DNA of 64,000 nucleotides. It comes from Octopus vulgaris (taxonomy: Eukaryota). The notes under the pieces were generated by a model that was given only the letters and a program-made list of their open reading frames with translations, was not told the origin of the DNA and did not search any database. The stretch covers positions 61,070,001 through 61,134,000 of the forward strand of contig OX597815.1 of NCBI GenBank assembly GCA_951406725.2, written 5' to 3'. Of this stretch, positions 40,251 to 58,230 are shown one piece after another; position 1 is the stretch's first letter, and each line of letters starts with the position of its first letter. Position numbers and translations under genes: made by a program.

Positions 40251-40599
40251 ATTAAATTTGTTATAATTGTGAAAAATATTATATACTCATATACATATAA
40301 ATATAAAAATATAAAAATGTAAAATATAAAAACTTATACATCATAATGCTACACTTATATAATATAATACACATTGGTACAATAAAGGAAGGTAAACAGA
40401 ACAAAATAAAACAAAATATATATCAGTGTATATATTAATATTAATAAGTACCGATATTATACATATTTGGCTAATATTTTTTTTTTTTTTTTTTTATAAA
40501 AAGAACCTAACACATAGGGAGATGAAAAATAATAATTAAAACCATGGTTCAGTTCATAAAATTCTAAAGCTATAAAAGTTAATAAAAATTACTATTAAT

Positions 40600-40678
<79 letters not shown>

Positions 40679-42372
40679 GATACAGTTAAGTTTGCACAAA
40701 GTCCATCCTTTCAAGAACGAAATAACTATGAGTTTAGAAATGCTGACCACTAGGTAAAGAAAATTTAGATTAATTCGATTGGCTATTGGTTTGAAATTTA
40801 AATCACAAAAGAAAATTATACGGTTGGTTAGTCAAGGAACGCCAATATTCACACACGCATCTACAGATCTATCGCACATACACACATAGTTATATGTATA
40901 TACATACACTTATACGCATACATAATCACAAGCAACAACTAGCACATAGATAAACAAAAAGGGAAGCAACTATGCTACCATTTAGTCCTACAAAATTATA
41001 ACTGTGCCTCAAATACCGAAAAAGAACCATCCATGCCTTTCATAAAATATTTAATTTAGATATAAATATATTTTTAAATATCAGTATGTTACTAAGTCAG
41101 ATAATTATTCCATGGGTAACTTAAAATTTATAACACCGGTTTGTTGCATAGTAAACATACGGTTGTTATATTTATCGTAAGTTTGTTATGATTCCAAGTA
41201 CGCTAAAATATAAAATAAAAAATATAAAATATATATTAATTTATATATTATAAATAAATCACATATTTACTTAATAAATTTAATGCCATAATATACCAGT
41301 TTAGGTATTAAAAAATAGAAGGGGAAGTACTAATGTAAACGCTTATGAGAACATCACAGAAATTTTTAAAAATTTATATTATAAATACTTAAGATAAAAT
41401 GCGATAAAATAAATAAGAAGGAATAAACACGAAGGAATAAATACGGTTATACACATATTATAAGTACAAACCAGTATATATGTATACATATATTATTAAA
41501 ATTTAAATAAAAATAAATGATAGATATGTATGTATAAAACTACCCTAGTATAAGTAAATAAGTAAAAAATAAATAGATAACAAATTAGATGACTTGATAT
41601 ATATGTAAACATCCACACTTAGATAGGCAAATAAATAAATAATTAGAAGACTAAATGCAGAGATTGGTAACATTACAATAAAATAAAAAATAAATAAAGT
41701 GAATATATATGTTATATTGTTGAAGGTAAATATGTATGGAAGGATAATTTAAAGTACAGATCCAGAGGACTATAGATATAAACTAAATATATAAGGCTGG
41801 TAATATTTATAAAGCCAAATGTATGTAAATGAAAAAATGAAAAAAATGAAAAAAATGAAAAAGGTTTATTAGTAAATAGCATAAGATACAAATTAAGGTG
41901 AGTACAAAGAAAGACCAAATATACAATAAAAACCTTCCAAATAAACACATACAAAAAACCTATATTCTCAACCTAAACACACCAAACTCATAAAAGGCTC
42001 TCCTATATTACATATTATACAATAACATTACACTATCTAGAGCTAGGTATCTAACCAAGATATACATATATACTATGCAATATACTATGCAATATTAGAA
42101 AACTTCAAAAATCACATATTACAAGGCAAATACCAAAATGAATATGTTATTTCCTGTCATATTGCATTTCCCTTAAAAAACAAACAAAAACCCACATACA
42201 AAAACAAGAAACAAATAATACTAGACACATCTATTATTATTATACAAATGTAGCTATAAAAATTATAAAATTATAAATTTATAAGTTGTATACTATAGAG
42301 TTATAGAAGACCACAGGTATAGTTAGTTAAAGAAGGGAGTTATAAAATTAATAATAGTGGAAGTGCTAGGTT

Positions 42373-44396
<2,024 letters not shown>

Positions 44397-44399
44397 ATA

Positions 44400-44948
44400 T
44401 ATATTGTTATATTTCGGAATGGTCATTTTGCCAGTTTAGCCAATAAAAACACACGCACTATATATTTGGTGTTACTTTGCTTCAGTGTTATTTATTTTTT
44501 ATTTTTTACATTAATCTTAATCTTATTTCGGCCAGAGTTCTTTCGTCACACTCCTGTGACCGCATCAGTGGTCCTTTGTTTTCTTCTCACTTATTAGTGT
44601 CTCTCCTTACTAACCGTCAGCCATTTTGTATTTCTATTGTATGTCTTCATTTGCGCATGCTTATATCTCTATGTGCGTTTATGTTTATTTAGTGTGTGTA
44701 TGTGGGGGATGCCTGTAATATTTGTATCTTCTGTTTATATATGTTCATGTAATTTGTAATTTTATATGTTCATGTAATTTGTATTTTGTATTTTTTTTTG
44801 TTTATTCTTATTTTGTTCATGTGTTTACATCCACCCATTATTATCATTACATATGCTTGTATGTATGTATGTATGTATGTATGTATGTATGTATGTATGT
44901 ATGTATGTATAACAACAATACTAGTAATAATAATAATAAATTGAATCG

Positions 44949-45007
<59 letters not shown>

Positions 45008-45022
45008 TATACATATACATAT

Positions 45023-45053
<31 letters not shown>

Positions 45054-45418
45054 GTTATTTATTTATTTATCTGTGTATTTATTATGTTTTCAGGATCCTC
45101 TATCGTCATATGTTGTGGTGTGTGTTAGTGGTCCATTCTAGTTTTCTATTCAGGCTAGGTTTATTTTCTATTATGTGTGTAGCTTCTGTAATTTGTTTAA
45201 TTGTTGCATCTGATCTATGTGTGGATAATATTTTAATTTCTATGTTATTGATTGATCCCCCGTGTTCTTGTTCGGCGTGTTGGTACAGAATCGATGAGTT
45301 TTTGCCTTCTTTGAGTTGTCTCCAATGCCCATTTACCCGCTCTCCTATGCTTCTTGCCGTTTCCCCTACGTATGTTGTTGTCTTGTTACTGCATCGTCCC
45401 TCTATACATCTTATTTAA
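44400..45418 (-). mobile_element. PLE 3' remnant: GIY-YIG C-half (45106-45414) and hammerhead-like motif (44530-44574)
   Basis: IRCIEGRC...TYVGETARSIGERVNGH...LYQHAEQEH...ITEATHIIENKPSLN; GGaCCA-CTGATGC-g-GTCAC aggagt GTGAC-GAAA-GAAC-TC-TGGCC. Confidence 0.75.
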
Positions 45419-45420
45419 AC

Positions 45421-45465
<45 letters not shown>

Positions 45466-45466
<1 letters not shown>

Positions 45467-46729
45467 GAGGGGCGTCCAATCAGTAATGCCCCTGACCCAC
45501 TTCCCATAGCAGTAGAGCAACAGTTATTAGTCTTTTTGTACATAGGAACCACCCAGAGTTACACATTTCTGCCATCGTTTGATGCAACGCTGGAGACCGT
45601 TTTTGTAGAAGACCCCAGCTTGGTCCTCTAACCACGACGTGACTTTAGAAATCAAGGCTGCATCATCTGTGAAATGCTTTCCTTTCAAAAAAAAACTTCA
45701 TGGCTGGGAAGAGGTGAAAATCAGAGGGTGCAAGGTCAGGAGCGTAGGGGGGATGGGGGAGGAGTTCATAGCAGCACGCCTGTGCTTCTGATCTGGCGAC
45801 ACGCGAGTTGTGAACCGGAGCGTTGTCCTGCAGGAGGAGGATGCCTTTGCTGATCTTGCCCCACCTCTTGATTTTGATAGCTTCTCATAATTTCATCAAA
45901 AGTGAAGCATAATAGGCTCCTGTAATTGTGGTACCCTTTGCCAAGAAATCTGTCATCACTACTCCGTCCTGGTCCCAGAAGACTGTGAGCATGACCTTGC
46001 CAACGGAGGGCTGCACCCTTGCCTTCTTTGGAGGAGGTGAGTCACGGTGCTTCCACTGCATTGACTGGGCTTTGGTCTCTGAATCATAGTGATGGACCCA
46101 GGTTTCATCCTGTGTAATCAGTCTTTTGAAAAATTTTGACTCATCTTCTTGGCACATCTCCAAATTCATCCGCGAGCACTCGACGCGTTCTTGCTTCTGG
46201 AAGGGTGTGAGCAACCTGGGAATCCATCTGGCAGACACCTTTTGCATATGCAAATGGTCATGAATGATAGTTTCCACAGACCCGGTACTAATCTTGACCT
46301 CATGGGCTATTTGGCGAATAGTTATGCATCGATCTTCCAAAATGGCAGCCTCAACCTGACGGACATATGCCTCATCAATGGCAGAAATGAGTGATCAGAT
46401 CTGGGAGCTGTTTCCACAGAGTTCCGACCATGTTTGAATTCACGATGCCAGCGTTTTACAAGGTCATATGATGGGGCATCATCACCATAAGTTACTTTCA
46501 TTTCATCAAAAGTCTCCTGAGGTGTGCGTCCTTTCAAATACAAAAACCGGATCACTGCTCGACACTCAACAGGCTCCATTTCACACTTGACTCAGTTCAA
46601 ACACCTGTAAATCAGAAACCATAATTAGCTTATTAATCTATAGAGATATAAATAATTGCACATGCAAAATTTCAGCTAGATCAAACAACTGCAAGTGGGT
46701 CAGAGGCATTACTTATTGAACGTCCCTCG
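45466..46729 (-). mobile_element. mariner transposon, defective; same family as 22484-23715
   Basis: Same TIRs and TA flanks; ITQDETW, LLQDNAPVH, YAPDLAPSD; frameshift and stop. Confidence 0.92.
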
Positions 46730-47241
46730 TATATATATATATATATACAAGTATGTATGTAATATATAGTACATTTTAAGCGGAGAAGAGATTGAATGTA
46801 TGGTAAGGAGTTTGCTTCTCATCCGTTGGTTTCAGGTTCAGTTACACTGGATGGCACTTTGTGCAAGTGTCTTTTACTACAGCCTCTGGCCGACCAAAGC
46901 CACGTAAGTGGATTTGATAGACGGAAGCGGAAAGAATGCCATCTTATATATGTATATATATCTATGTATGTCTGCCCTACACTTCCGCTTGACAACCGGC
47001 GTTAGTGTGTTTACGTCTCAATAACTTGACTGTTCGGCAAAAGAATCCGTTAGAAAAAGTATCAGAAGTGGAAGAGAATTATTGGTGTCGATTCATTCGA
47101 CTAAAATTTCTTCAAGACGAAGCTCCAGCATGGCCGCTAACTAATGATTGAAACAAGTAAGAGACAAAAGATAAAAATAAAACAAATATGTGTTTGTGTG
47201 TGTGTGTGTGTGCGTGTGTGTGTGTTTACCGTTATTGATTA

Positions 47242-48606
47242 TCTATATTATATATAAAATAAATCCTTTGTCTGTTCCCAATGTATTTTCAAACGACTCA
47301 GCCAAATCAGGTCATATTTTACGTGAGTGTCAACATGTAATGTTTTTGGATTAAAACAATGCAGCATTGGCACTAGTTCCGTAGTACGTGTTAAAACTCG
47401 AAGAATAAAAGTGAAAGAATAACATCTATATTGTAATGTGATATATTGTTTCACTTTTATACTTTTACTTTTAATTCTAACCCCGACGACGACGACGTCA
47501 CGTTTTGTATATGATTGTGTGTATGTGAGTCTGTGAGTATATGAGTGTGTATATGTCTTACAATGTGTGTATCTTCCCGCGTAAAGCACGTTATTAAAAT
47601 ACTATGTTTCACTTTGAAACTTTTACTTCTAATTCCAACCACCACCACGACGTGTGTGAGTGTATGAGTGTGTATATGTCTCATAGTGTGTGTGTGTCTT
47701 CCTGCGTTAGGTATGTTATTAAACATACTATATGTATGTGAGGGCTGCTTAACCATGACGACGTCACATTTTGTGTATGACTGTGTATCTGTCTGTGAAT
47801 GTATATGTATGAATGTATGAGTGTGCATATGTCTCACAGTGTGTGAGTCTTTCCGCGTTAGGTACGTTATTAAACATACTATATGTTTCACTTTTATACT
47901 TTTCCTTTTAATTCTAACCACCACACGTCACATTTTCTATATGATTGTGTATCTGTCTGTGTATCTATGTATGTGAGTGTATGAGTGTATATATTCTCAT
48001 GGTGTGTGTGTCTTTCCGCGTTAGGTACGTTATTAAACATACTATATGTAAGTGAGGGCTAGTCAGTGTCAATACGAAATTTTATTTTCATTTCGATTAA
48101 AACAATATAACACTTCATAGTGATAATATTTCTATTTACGAAAATGTACTTGCATAGCAAGTGACTTGTTCTGAGATCGTGTGCTCGGAACATATATATA
48201 TACAACCTTCAACGGAGTAACAGTTATATACAACTTCAAGAGACACACATATCAGTACATAAACATATTTTTACATGTACATACACATATACACACGCGC
48301 AGACATGCCTACACTCTTATATACATATATACAAATATACATACATGCATACATACATATATACGTATACGCATGCGCATTTACAAAAATACATGCATAC
48401 ACACACATACAGACATAGACAGATACATACATACATACACACACATACATACACAAATACATGCATACACCCATACATAAATACATGCATACATATATAC
48501 ATAAACACATATATATTAAGAACTAACTTGCTCAGATGCAGCTCGACGTTTTGTATATTCACACTATACCATTTTAATCCCGAGCAACGCCTGGTATCTC
48601 TGCTAG
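47242..48606 (+). mobile_element. Non-autonomous Helitron with internal degenerate tandem repeats
   Basis: A|TCTATATTATATATAAAA start; CCCGAGCAACGCCTGG...GCTAG|T end; internal repeat CCGCGTTAGGTACGTTATTAAACATACTAT seen about four times. Confidence 0.7.
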
Positions 48607-48996
48607 TATATAATATATATTAACATTAGGTTTCATACCCAGCTAGTGCCAAATAATCTTCGGACCACAATCTCAATATTTTCCCCACGTGTGGTTTATT
48701 ATTTACGTACGCTGACAATGAAATTAGAATGAGTTAATCGAGCAGCTAGCAACAGGTTCTATTCGCAAATGTTTAATACAAACACACACACATACGCACA
48801 CATTAAAATTTTCATGTACATATTTCCTGTAAGAGCGTAACTGAGGACGTTTGTAGGTTGTACTTCTGCGTAGCCTTCATATAAACACACCAGTGAAAAA
48901 CTATATGCCGTCAATGCATATATAGGCAGGCATGCATAGATACATAAATACATACAGATATATAATATAAATATACATATAAATATCTACATAATA

Positions 48997-49028
<32 letters not shown>

Positions 49029-49212
49029 CATACATACATGCATACATACATGTAAACATGCATACATACTTGCATTCATATATACATAATAGACATATAT
49101 ACATTAATTCATACATACATAAATATAACGTTACACAACCAACAGTACTCCATATTGCATCAGGAGGTGGGGATGATGTTATTTCTGCAGCTGGTGTTTT
49201 CGAGACGAATGC

Positions 49213-49421
<209 letters not shown>

Positions 49422-49700
49422 ACGAAATGGTGGCGTCAATGGTGTTGGCGTCTGCAATTGCGGCGTGTATCATGGTGGAGTGTATGAAGGAAACCTTTAA
49501 AAAGGAATGAAAAAAAATGGTGTATATTGTTATTGAAATTGAGCAAATATAGGCCTGCGTTAGGAAATACCTTTTTATCTATGTATTTTTTTATGTCTCA
49601 ATGAATGCTTCAGAGAGATATACAGAGAGTCAGACAGAGAAAACAAACCATTCAACATGGCGGACTTCAATAGAACTGTTTGTTATAGCTCACGTGCTCA

Positions 49701-49770
<70 letters not shown>

Positions 49771-50046
49771 TACACACACACAAACACACACGTATATAAA
49801 CACATGCAGGTGTATACGTTCACACTCACACATGTGTGTGTAGATTATATGTATTTACATACAAATATATATATATACATATATATAGATATTTAGAATA
49901 TATGTATACATACATACATACATATATATATGTAATCTATGCATATATACATAGAGACATATAAGTAAACATGTATACATATATGTATGTATCTATCTAC
50001 CTATATATCTCTCTCTATAAGTATATATACATATCTACGTATATAT

Positions 50047-50083
<37 letters not shown>

Positions 50084-50339
50084 CACACATATATATATAT
50101 ATACATACATATATGTATGTATGTATATATGTGTGTGTATGTGTGCGTGTGTGTATGGCCGCACATATGTATGCTTGCTTAATGTAAACATGTACGGATT
50201 TTTATATACATTTAATATATGTATATGCTTAGTTAATTGTATATATGAATAAATGCACACATACATACATACATACATACATACATAAACATACATTCAG
50301 TTGTACGCATATCTGTATACATGTATGTATATATATGCT

Positions 50340-50382
<43 letters not shown>

Positions 50383-50611
50383 AAGGGAGTGACTTTTTAT
50401 TGGCATTTACATACATATGTATGAGAGTATATGGTTGTGTGTTTTGTTTGTGTTTTGCTTCTATGTCTGTGTCTGTGTTCCTCTGTGTGTGCGTGTGTGT
50501 GTGTGTAAGTGCGAACATTGATAGATATAGGTCAATATACAAATGCAAATGAGCATTGTATTATGTACGTGTGTCTGTATGGCGCCCGTAGCCTTTTGGT
50601 CTTATATGTAA

Positions 50612-50684
<73 letters not shown>

Positions 50685-50696
50685 ACAATATATGCA

Positions 50697-50744
<48 letters not shown>

Positions 50745-51299
50745 TTTGTTTATTTGCATGTGCGTATGAGGGAATGTATTTATGTTCAATTAAGTGTGCG
50801 TGTGTCTGTATATCTACGCGAACATATATTTCTGACAATGCAGGGGTTATGACGCATATACACGCTGATGTGCATATTAGAATACGCACTCGCACGCGCT
50901 CACACACACATGCATACATACTCATACACAGAAATGCGTGCACGCAAGCAGACACACACATATACTTACACGCTCATATGTAATTGCGTAGTATTATAAG
51001 CTGGGACATGCATGTACCTACATACATGCGCACTATACGTTCAAGGACACATTTGAAATATATAACATATGAACGTATGTATGTATGTATGTATGTATGT
51101 ATGTATGTATGTATGTATGTATGTATGTGTGTATGTATGTATGTATGCATGTATGTATGTATGTATGTATGTATGTATGTATTATGTATGTATGTATGTA
51201 TGTATGTATGTATGTATGTATGTATGTATGTGTGTATGTGTGTGTTTATGTATAATTGTATATATGTATAATGCATAAACATAGAATTAATAAATATTT

Positions 51300-52280
51300 C
51301 AAGAGAGTTGTATATAAAGTTCAGAGAAGTACAAAAACTTACTCTACTTCAAAGTAGGAACCTCTGACTTTAATGCACCTGTTGTGGCGCTCCAGCCACT
51401 TTGTGAAGGCCCCATGGCAATCCTCCAAAGTGGAGTGTGTCTAGGACCCTTCTCACAACCTCCATCTTCTCACTGACCTTAATACAACTGCCCTTGAGAT
51501 TGTTCTTCAGCTTGGGGTATAACCAAAAGTCACGGCACGGAGAGCAAGGTGTGGACTGTAGATGTGCGACAGTTTTGATACCCGTCTCAGGGTGCTTCTA
51601 CTGGGCACTCCGTCTATTGGTCTCTGAATCATAACAGTCGGTCTAGCTTTCGATATTCGTCACTAGAGAATCGAGCGCTCTTGGATTGGAGATAATGAGC
51701 TCGACCGGCTCCCTGCTGTCACAAACGCATCTTTCCTTCGGTTTCGTCACACTGAGCACACTGGGAATAAACTGTGCACAACTTTTGCGCATGTTCAGAT
51801 TTTTAAGAGTAATTTTGTGTACAATTGTCACACCGACTCCCAATTTTATGTCTATGACAATCATCATCCAGAAAATTGCGAATTTTCTCAACCAACTTTG
51901 ATATTCTAACGTTCCTCTCCATTTCACGGCTTTCATTATCTCTCACTTCATCTCTATCGTTCTTGGACCTCTTGTGTCAGCAAAAAACAGTTGCTCGGCT
52001 CCCACAAGTTAATTCTTATGCAGACTGAAGCATTTCATAAGTTTCTGTAGAGTTTTTTTCCCTGCTTAACACAAAACTTTATTTCATAACCAGCTTCTAA
52101 ATTGTCTTCACGTCTTGATTGTAACGTGCAAGCAAGTTAGCTGTGACAAGCAGCGTTTAGCAATGTTACAATCGCCTCCTTCAACTTGGAATAAACAAGT
52201 TGATAGATAATCTTGTTGGATGTACAGTAATGATATACAAAAATTACAGTAATCTAGAATAGTTATAACTGCTTCTCCTA
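51300..52280 (-). mobile_element. Degraded mariner remnant
   Basis: VHKITLKNLNMRKSCAQFIPSVLS...LVTNIES. Confidence 0.55.
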
Positions 52281-52289
52281 AAAAGTCTC

Positions 52290-53040
52290 AAAACTTGTGG
52301 TATGCATCTATACTGTGGGTTCTTATTTCTTTTCCCTCAGGGTTATCCTTCCGATGCATGTCATTACACAATGTGTTCGTTACAACAGGTCTCATCGCAA
52401 TCACACTTTGAACAACTGCTTATAATGTGCGTGAAATCTTCGGTGTTAACTCTACAAAGTCTGCATTGGTTATCACATTTTGGTGTCTTTCCTGCATCTC
52501 TGTCCCTCTTATGTATCAACTATTTGGTTGATATTTCCTGTTCCTGGATTGTAAACGCATACTCTTCTAAGTGAGAGTTAGTAAATCGGTTGCTGGTCCA
52601 TGATAGACTGCTTTGATTATCAATGTTACTATTGTACAGGAGCTTTCCGCTAACGTATCCATGCATCGTCTTCTGTTGATATACGCTCATCCATTCATCT
52701 GATGATACGCTGCGATAGAGTCGTGCGACTTCTTTGGATATATATTCAAGCTTTATCAGACATAGAATGCTGCTCATGGAACCGTTTTTCAAGTGTCATG
52801 ATGTTATCTGCCTCGTATACGCAAACTTGGTCAAGACTTGCATTTGACACTTGGTGGTTAAAAGATGTGGCAGAAGGGATATGATATGACATTCAAAGGC
52901 TGTCTGGATCGATGTTAAGCCTTTGACCTCTTGCTTTCGTTTTAGGTAGAGGCGGTCTACATCGTTCTAGATGTGAAAATTATTTGTGTTGTTTGGTATC
53001 TTGCAGGTTTTCACATCAATGACTCGGATCTCAACATTAG
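52290..53040 (-). mobile_element. Old R4/Dong-type fragment
   Basis: DVDRLYLKR, QQKTMHG, AFTIQEQEIST, CRLCRVNTEDFTHIISSC parallel the 9107-11260 ORF. Confidence 0.7.
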
Positions 53041-53319
53041 TTATTTGTTATCTTTTTCTCTGTCTTCAAAAACCCATGATGGCATTTCCTTCGTTGTTTC
53101 GGTTTTGTTTACTTTCCGGTGTCGTTCATGTACTGCTTTGTAGACCACATTGACGGGTGTTAATCTGCCAGAATGAAGGTTCATTGCACTACAGTAAGTA
53201 CTCTTCTCCAGTTTCATTTACAACTTTTAATATGTGTCTGTTGGTCTTTTGCTTACATTGGTAGAGAATACTTTCTCTTCGAGAGGATACTTCAAAAATA
53301 ACTTCTAGCATCTCCTCTA

Positions 53320-54392
53320 GAAAATGGACCAAGTTTAGCATCGTGGTATTATTAAGTACCTGCAGAAAAAGAGTTTAGACTCCAGATGCTTTATCAGCAG
53401 TGCAAAAGTGAGCAACTGAATTTAGGAGAGGAAAGGAGAGTTTTGATGATGTCTCAACGTCTGGACTTTCTGCAACAGCCGCCAACGGAGAAAACATTGA
53501 TCATGTTCACCACATGGTGGTAGATGATAGACGATTGATTACAAATAGCCAATGCTATTAGCATGTCTTGTGATATAGTTGAGAATATTCTGCACAATGA
53601 ATTTCAGTGACGAACCTCGCTGCTCGGTGGGTTTCACGCTTTCTGATACCTGATCAAAAGTGCACCGGGCTAATCACATCACGGCTAAATCTGGCATTGT
53701 TTCAGTCAGATCCAGCTTGTTTCCTTGAAAGTTTCCTAAGCCATGATGATTGTAGGGTTCATTAGTTTGAGCCAGGGACAAAAAGACAATCCATGCAATG
53801 GAAACACCGCCTCCTCACCTGCTCCAAAAGAAGGCCAAGCTCATTTCCATCGACAGGGAAGTTGATGACCTCAGTTTTTTTTATTCCCACAGGCATTGCA
53901 TTTATCGACTATCTTCAAAAAGGGTCGCACCATCAATGGAAAGTATTATGCCAGCTTGCTGGAGCATTTACGAAAGGCTATCAAGACCAAACGGCCAGTC
54001 AGACTGCCGAAAGAGGTCGTGTTTCATCAGGACAATGCTCCAGTACACATGTCCTTGGTTTCAACGGCTGTTGTGTGTGATTGTGATTTTGAATTTGTTG
54101 ATCACTCACCCTATTCTACTGATTTCGCCCCATCTGACTATCATCTGTTCCCAACATGAAAAAATACTGGGCTAAGAATCGCTATTACAGTGATGATTAC
54201 GTCATACCTGCTATTGATGACTTTTATACCAACAGGATGAAAGCTCCTTCTCCAAAGGGATCCAAACACGGCAATACCGATAGAAAAAGCATGTGGACCG
54301 TAAGGGGTTCTACGTTGAAGAATAAACCTCATTTGGTCACAGTGCATAAGTGTATCTTGGTCAGCCTATGAATCTTTAAGCCGACCCTCATA
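53320..54392 (+). mobile_element. Degraded mariner
   Basis: QSMQWKH, TINGKYYASLL, VFHQDNAPVH, HSPYSTDFAPSDYHLF. Confidence 0.8.
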
Positions 54393-54447
54393 CGCTTATC
54401 TCCATTTTTCTGATGACCAACTACTGAAGCTGGTCAATTACTGTTCG

Positions 54448-54486
<39 letters not shown>

Positions 54487-54958
54487 TATCCACTTCTCTG
54501 CTTGTATTGAATGTATTCCATTCACAGAGTGTATTTAAAATTATTTTTTCCACAGATGCAAAAATAAAATTGCGTCGAAATATAAAATCACGTGACTACT
54601 TATGCCTGTTTATACTAAAATATAGAAATACGCCCACATGCATTACACACACACACACTCGCGTACTCACAACCATAAATTTTATGTATGCGACAAATTT
54701 ACATAATGATAATACGCATTGAAATACATACAAAGTCAAAGTAGACCACACACACACACATACATGCATACATGAATACATACATACATACATACATACA
54801 TACATACATACATACATACATACATACATACATACATACATACATACATACATACATACATTCACAAATACATACGATTGCGTCTATACAAAGATCTCAC
54901 GCAAAAACAAATAAATGTAAGGAGAAGGGGGAGAGAGAAAACGCGAGCGTGACAGATA

Positions 54959-54990
<32 letters not shown>

Positions 54991-56555
54991 GTGTGTGTGT
55001 GTATATATACACACATGCATATACATACATATACATACATATACGTATATATATCTACATATATGAGTGTATGTGTGTAAATATGTATACATATATATTT
55101 ATATATATGTATACACTCGGATGCACGCATACACACACACATACACTCATATATATGTATGTCTGAATATTACGTGTATATACATACATATACGCACGCG
55201 TGTATACTTACTCGTACAGTTCTATAGCTTGTAGGGAACACATCCACGGCGTTAGCTGGTCACAAGTACACAGTCGCCTAACACACACACACATACACAC
55301 ACAACAGACGTAGCACACACATACACAGAAGCACTCCCTACTCGCTTCTAGAAGTAGCGCCATGTCCCCCAACATCCACCCGTTCCCTCACTCTTTATGG
55401 TTGTTTATTTATCAGATATAACTTCCCGACGGTTGCTTGGATGAACCTTCTGCAACAACTCTACCCCACTCCGTTGCATCTCTCCACCACCACCACCACC
55501 ACTTCATTACCATTATCCACTCCCCCCCCACACACACACACACTATAACCATAAACACCACCAGCGCCAGGCAAAGTGAACGTCTATTCTTATGTGACTT
55601 GCTAAATATAGCAATCAAACATGCCTCAAATCACAGCCCACAGTACTTGATAGGAGACAGCTAATTGTAGTTTGGTAAGTATATAACATGCGAGATGGCC
55701 ACAGCTGGAATGCTCTTGATCATTGGTCGCTGGCTTAACGACAGACCTGGGAGCAAAACAACCTAACCTGGCTATAGTCAACATTCATCCCCACCACCAC
55801 AACTACCAACAACAACAAAAACAACAACACCATTACCGCCACCATCATCTCTATCATTGTATCATAGCCATCAAGTCACAACAGCAATATTTCAACCACC
55901 ACCACCACCTAATGTAAATACCGCCCCACCAACCATCAACTCTCCTTGACAAGTAGAACGGAGCCGGACCGTATTGACACAAGATTTTGTTTAGACTGAC
56001 AGCTCCGTAAGACCTACACACACTCTCACACACACATTCTCACACACACGTACACACACACACACACACATACACAAATACACACTCACATACACACACA
56101 CATACACACACACACACACACACCAGCACATACATAAAAATATATATAGATACAAACATCCATCCATCTATCCATACATACATACATACATACATACATA
56201 CATACATACATACATACATACATACATACACACACACACATACATTTATTATTATATACATATATCCACATAGAAAAATTCATACATATTTACGCACGCG
56301 TATATTGATATATCCACACACACACAAACGATTCTATATACACACAACAAGGTGCATACATACGCGTATACATACAGAATTCTAATATACATAAACACAT
56401 ACGCATGAACGCTTCTCTCCACGCGCACACACACACACCAAAGTATTCGACGCACAGCTCCGGCACCAAGTTCAGCTACAACATAATAGCATAACAACCG
56501 ACATTATCAACATTATCACCACCAATAACTCCAGTCATCACGATCAATAACAGCC

Positions 56556-56638
<83 letters not shown>

Positions 56639-56742
56639 GCTGTGTTAACAAATGAGTTTCTAGGAGGTTGTACAGTGTCACACCACCATCATCACCATCA
56701 CCACCACTATTACCACTATACCACCTCCACCAAATCCCCAAT

Positions 56743-56777
<35 letters not shown>

Positions 56778-57409
56778 CAACAACAACAACAACAACATCA
56801 TCAATCTTCTAATGCGAAAATCACCAACACCAATACCAAATTCACTACTAATCACCAATATTATCTAGCGCCCATGCCAACACCGCCTCCACCAACCATA
56901 ATCTCGCCATCGACCCCAAATCTCCTTCCCCCCTGCCATTAGGAAACACCACTACCACCAAAGTTAACAGCACAACTATTACAACCATCACCTGCAATGC
57001 CAACACTACTACCACTGCCACTATCACGGCCACAACCGTAATCACCACCACCTTCACCACCAGCGCAAACACTATCACCTGTCATAGCTACGAACACCAG
57101 CACTTGACGAAGCCCTTGCTACAAATACTAACCACACCCTAGATAGTTAAAAGGATGAGCTCGGAGACTTTGATTTCCGTCCCCCCATCACATCCCACCT
57201 CCGTCACCGCTACTAGTGCTGTTATCACCAGCAATAACACCCACCCACCTTGTTTCTCCTTCAAACACCAATCACACTCCACTTCTGTCACACATATCTC
57301 TGCACCTATATCACTAAAACATTGCTAGCGTCCACGCAACTAACAGCAATATCTATATATACATGCATGATTGCACACATACATACACACACACACATGT
57401 GCGTGTGTA

Positions 57410-58230
57410 CTAGCCGAATGACCTGGCGTTGCCCGGGTTACTGCTGTTTATTCACATTAGTAATAAATATAGATATATTTTTCATAGTTATTTCAAAATA
57501 ATATTTTATTTTAAAATATCCAAATTGTAATGATAATAGAATTTCGAACTGAAAATCTGTCAATGTTGAAACACCCTAGGGTAAACAATATTCATAGTAT
57601 AATATTTTGCCGGTGTCGAAATGAATAAATTGTTGCTGTTTCTAGCTCGCGAGCAAGCAACATAGAGTTGGTCGTGGGAGAAGCATGTAGTAGAGAGATC
57701 AAGTCCAACTACCTTGAGGAATTGACCCTGAGATTTGTTAATTGAAATACCATAACGAAGCATCTTAAATTTAAATGGAACAACTGTAGGTATGAGAGGA
57801 ATTTTTGAAATAAAGACATTTTCTTCTTTGTGGCAACCTGTTATGATTGTTGCCCACTGGACATGGAGAGCATTTTGGAGATGAACATAATTTTTAGCCA
57901 TTATCATTTTTTTATTGTTACGAATGTAGAGGAGACGCTCACTCTCAACTTTAGCATGCACATAAACCAGGTATTGCTGAAATAGATTACGACGCATGTG
58001 TAATTGTTTTGATTGTTCTGGTCTTAACATCAGTTGGTAAGAATAGAAGTCATTTGACGGCACCTTTTCGTTTGTAATTAGTTTTCTTGTTGCAGGTTCA
58101 ATCTGTGGAATATTGAAATGGTGCCCATCTTGTCCATTCCACAAAAGAAGCGGTTACAGGAGAGCATCATAAGAGGGATGGCTACATCATGTGATGTGGG
58201 CTCATTAAAACGGCGTAAAATGTTCTTTAC
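57410..58230 (-). mobile_element. Helitron 3' end with internally deleted RepHel remnant (ORF 57560-58144)
   Basis: LFQQYLVYVHAKVESERLLYIR (Rep N region) joined to SINKSQGQ...FSHDQLYVACSR...NIVY (Pif1-like helicase end); terminal CCCGGGCAACGCCAGG...GCTAG|T. Confidence 0.85.
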
